NCBI RefSeq assembly: GCF_035084215.1
Contig: NC_090333.1
Span: forward strand, 67,518,001-67,582,000
Direction: 5' to 3'
DNA length: 64,000 nucleotides
Origin: Heptranchias perlo
Lineage: Eukaryota
Position numbers and translations under genes: made by a program. The notes under the pieces were generated by a model. It was not told the origin of the DNA. It saw only the letters and a program-made list of their open reading frames with translations, and made no database searches. Shown piece after piece: positions 63,736 to 64,000 of this stretch. Within the stretch, counting starts at the first letter, position 1; each line of letters opens with the position of its first letter.

Positions 63736-64000
63736 AGTGACCGCCCCCACAGGCTTCGTCCAACCTAGACCTGTGGATGGTCTAAAAGAAAATGACTTGA
63801 GATGTCTAGTGTACATTCTAAAAAGTCGAGCATCCAACTCAAAAGGTGGATTGTGTGTAGTCAAACCCAGACATCTGAGCAGCCTAAGCAGGTCACTTAT
63901 TCAGGAAACGAGGCATGCTATGGGGCATCCAAAGAATGCAGGAGACTGAAAGGATGATGTCTATAAAGGTAAATTCAATAAACCATGTTGAAGTTCCCAT

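Overview
Repeat-dense vertebrate genomic DNA. The LINE/SINE/Penelope families suggest a cartilaginous fish (shark); this is an inference. The host genes are two tandem FMO5-like flavin monooxygenase copies on +. The upstream copy is a pseudogene with a broken acceptor at 3548-3549, an intron-3-to-exon-7 deletion near 9343 and a frameshift. The downstream copy has two intact coding exons (52719-52850, 58315-58503), continues past the window, and may be driven by the CpG-rich promoter at about 34770-35390. Most of the rest is CR1, L2, Jockey/CR1-group and Tx1-like LINE debris and SINEs. Four things stand out. (1) A young, internally deleted 5.4-kb LTR element on - (28455-33843; tRNA-Leu PBS, PPT, near-perfect 4-bp TSD) keeps gag, only the integrase C-terminal domain, and an env whose cysteine pattern resembles paramyxovirus F rather than gamma-type Env (lokiretrovirus-like). 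(2) A Penelope-type pseudo-LTR with a complete minimal hammerhead ribozyme is inserted in the CpG island, with an 11-bp TSD and two locally templated inverted segments. (3) Two separate intronless bleomycin-hydrolase fragments lie in opposite orientations. (4) A 73-copy 24-bp minisatellite has higher-order structure and a stop-free HCGPGxSx frame. All homology calls are by eye and memory; no searches were run.
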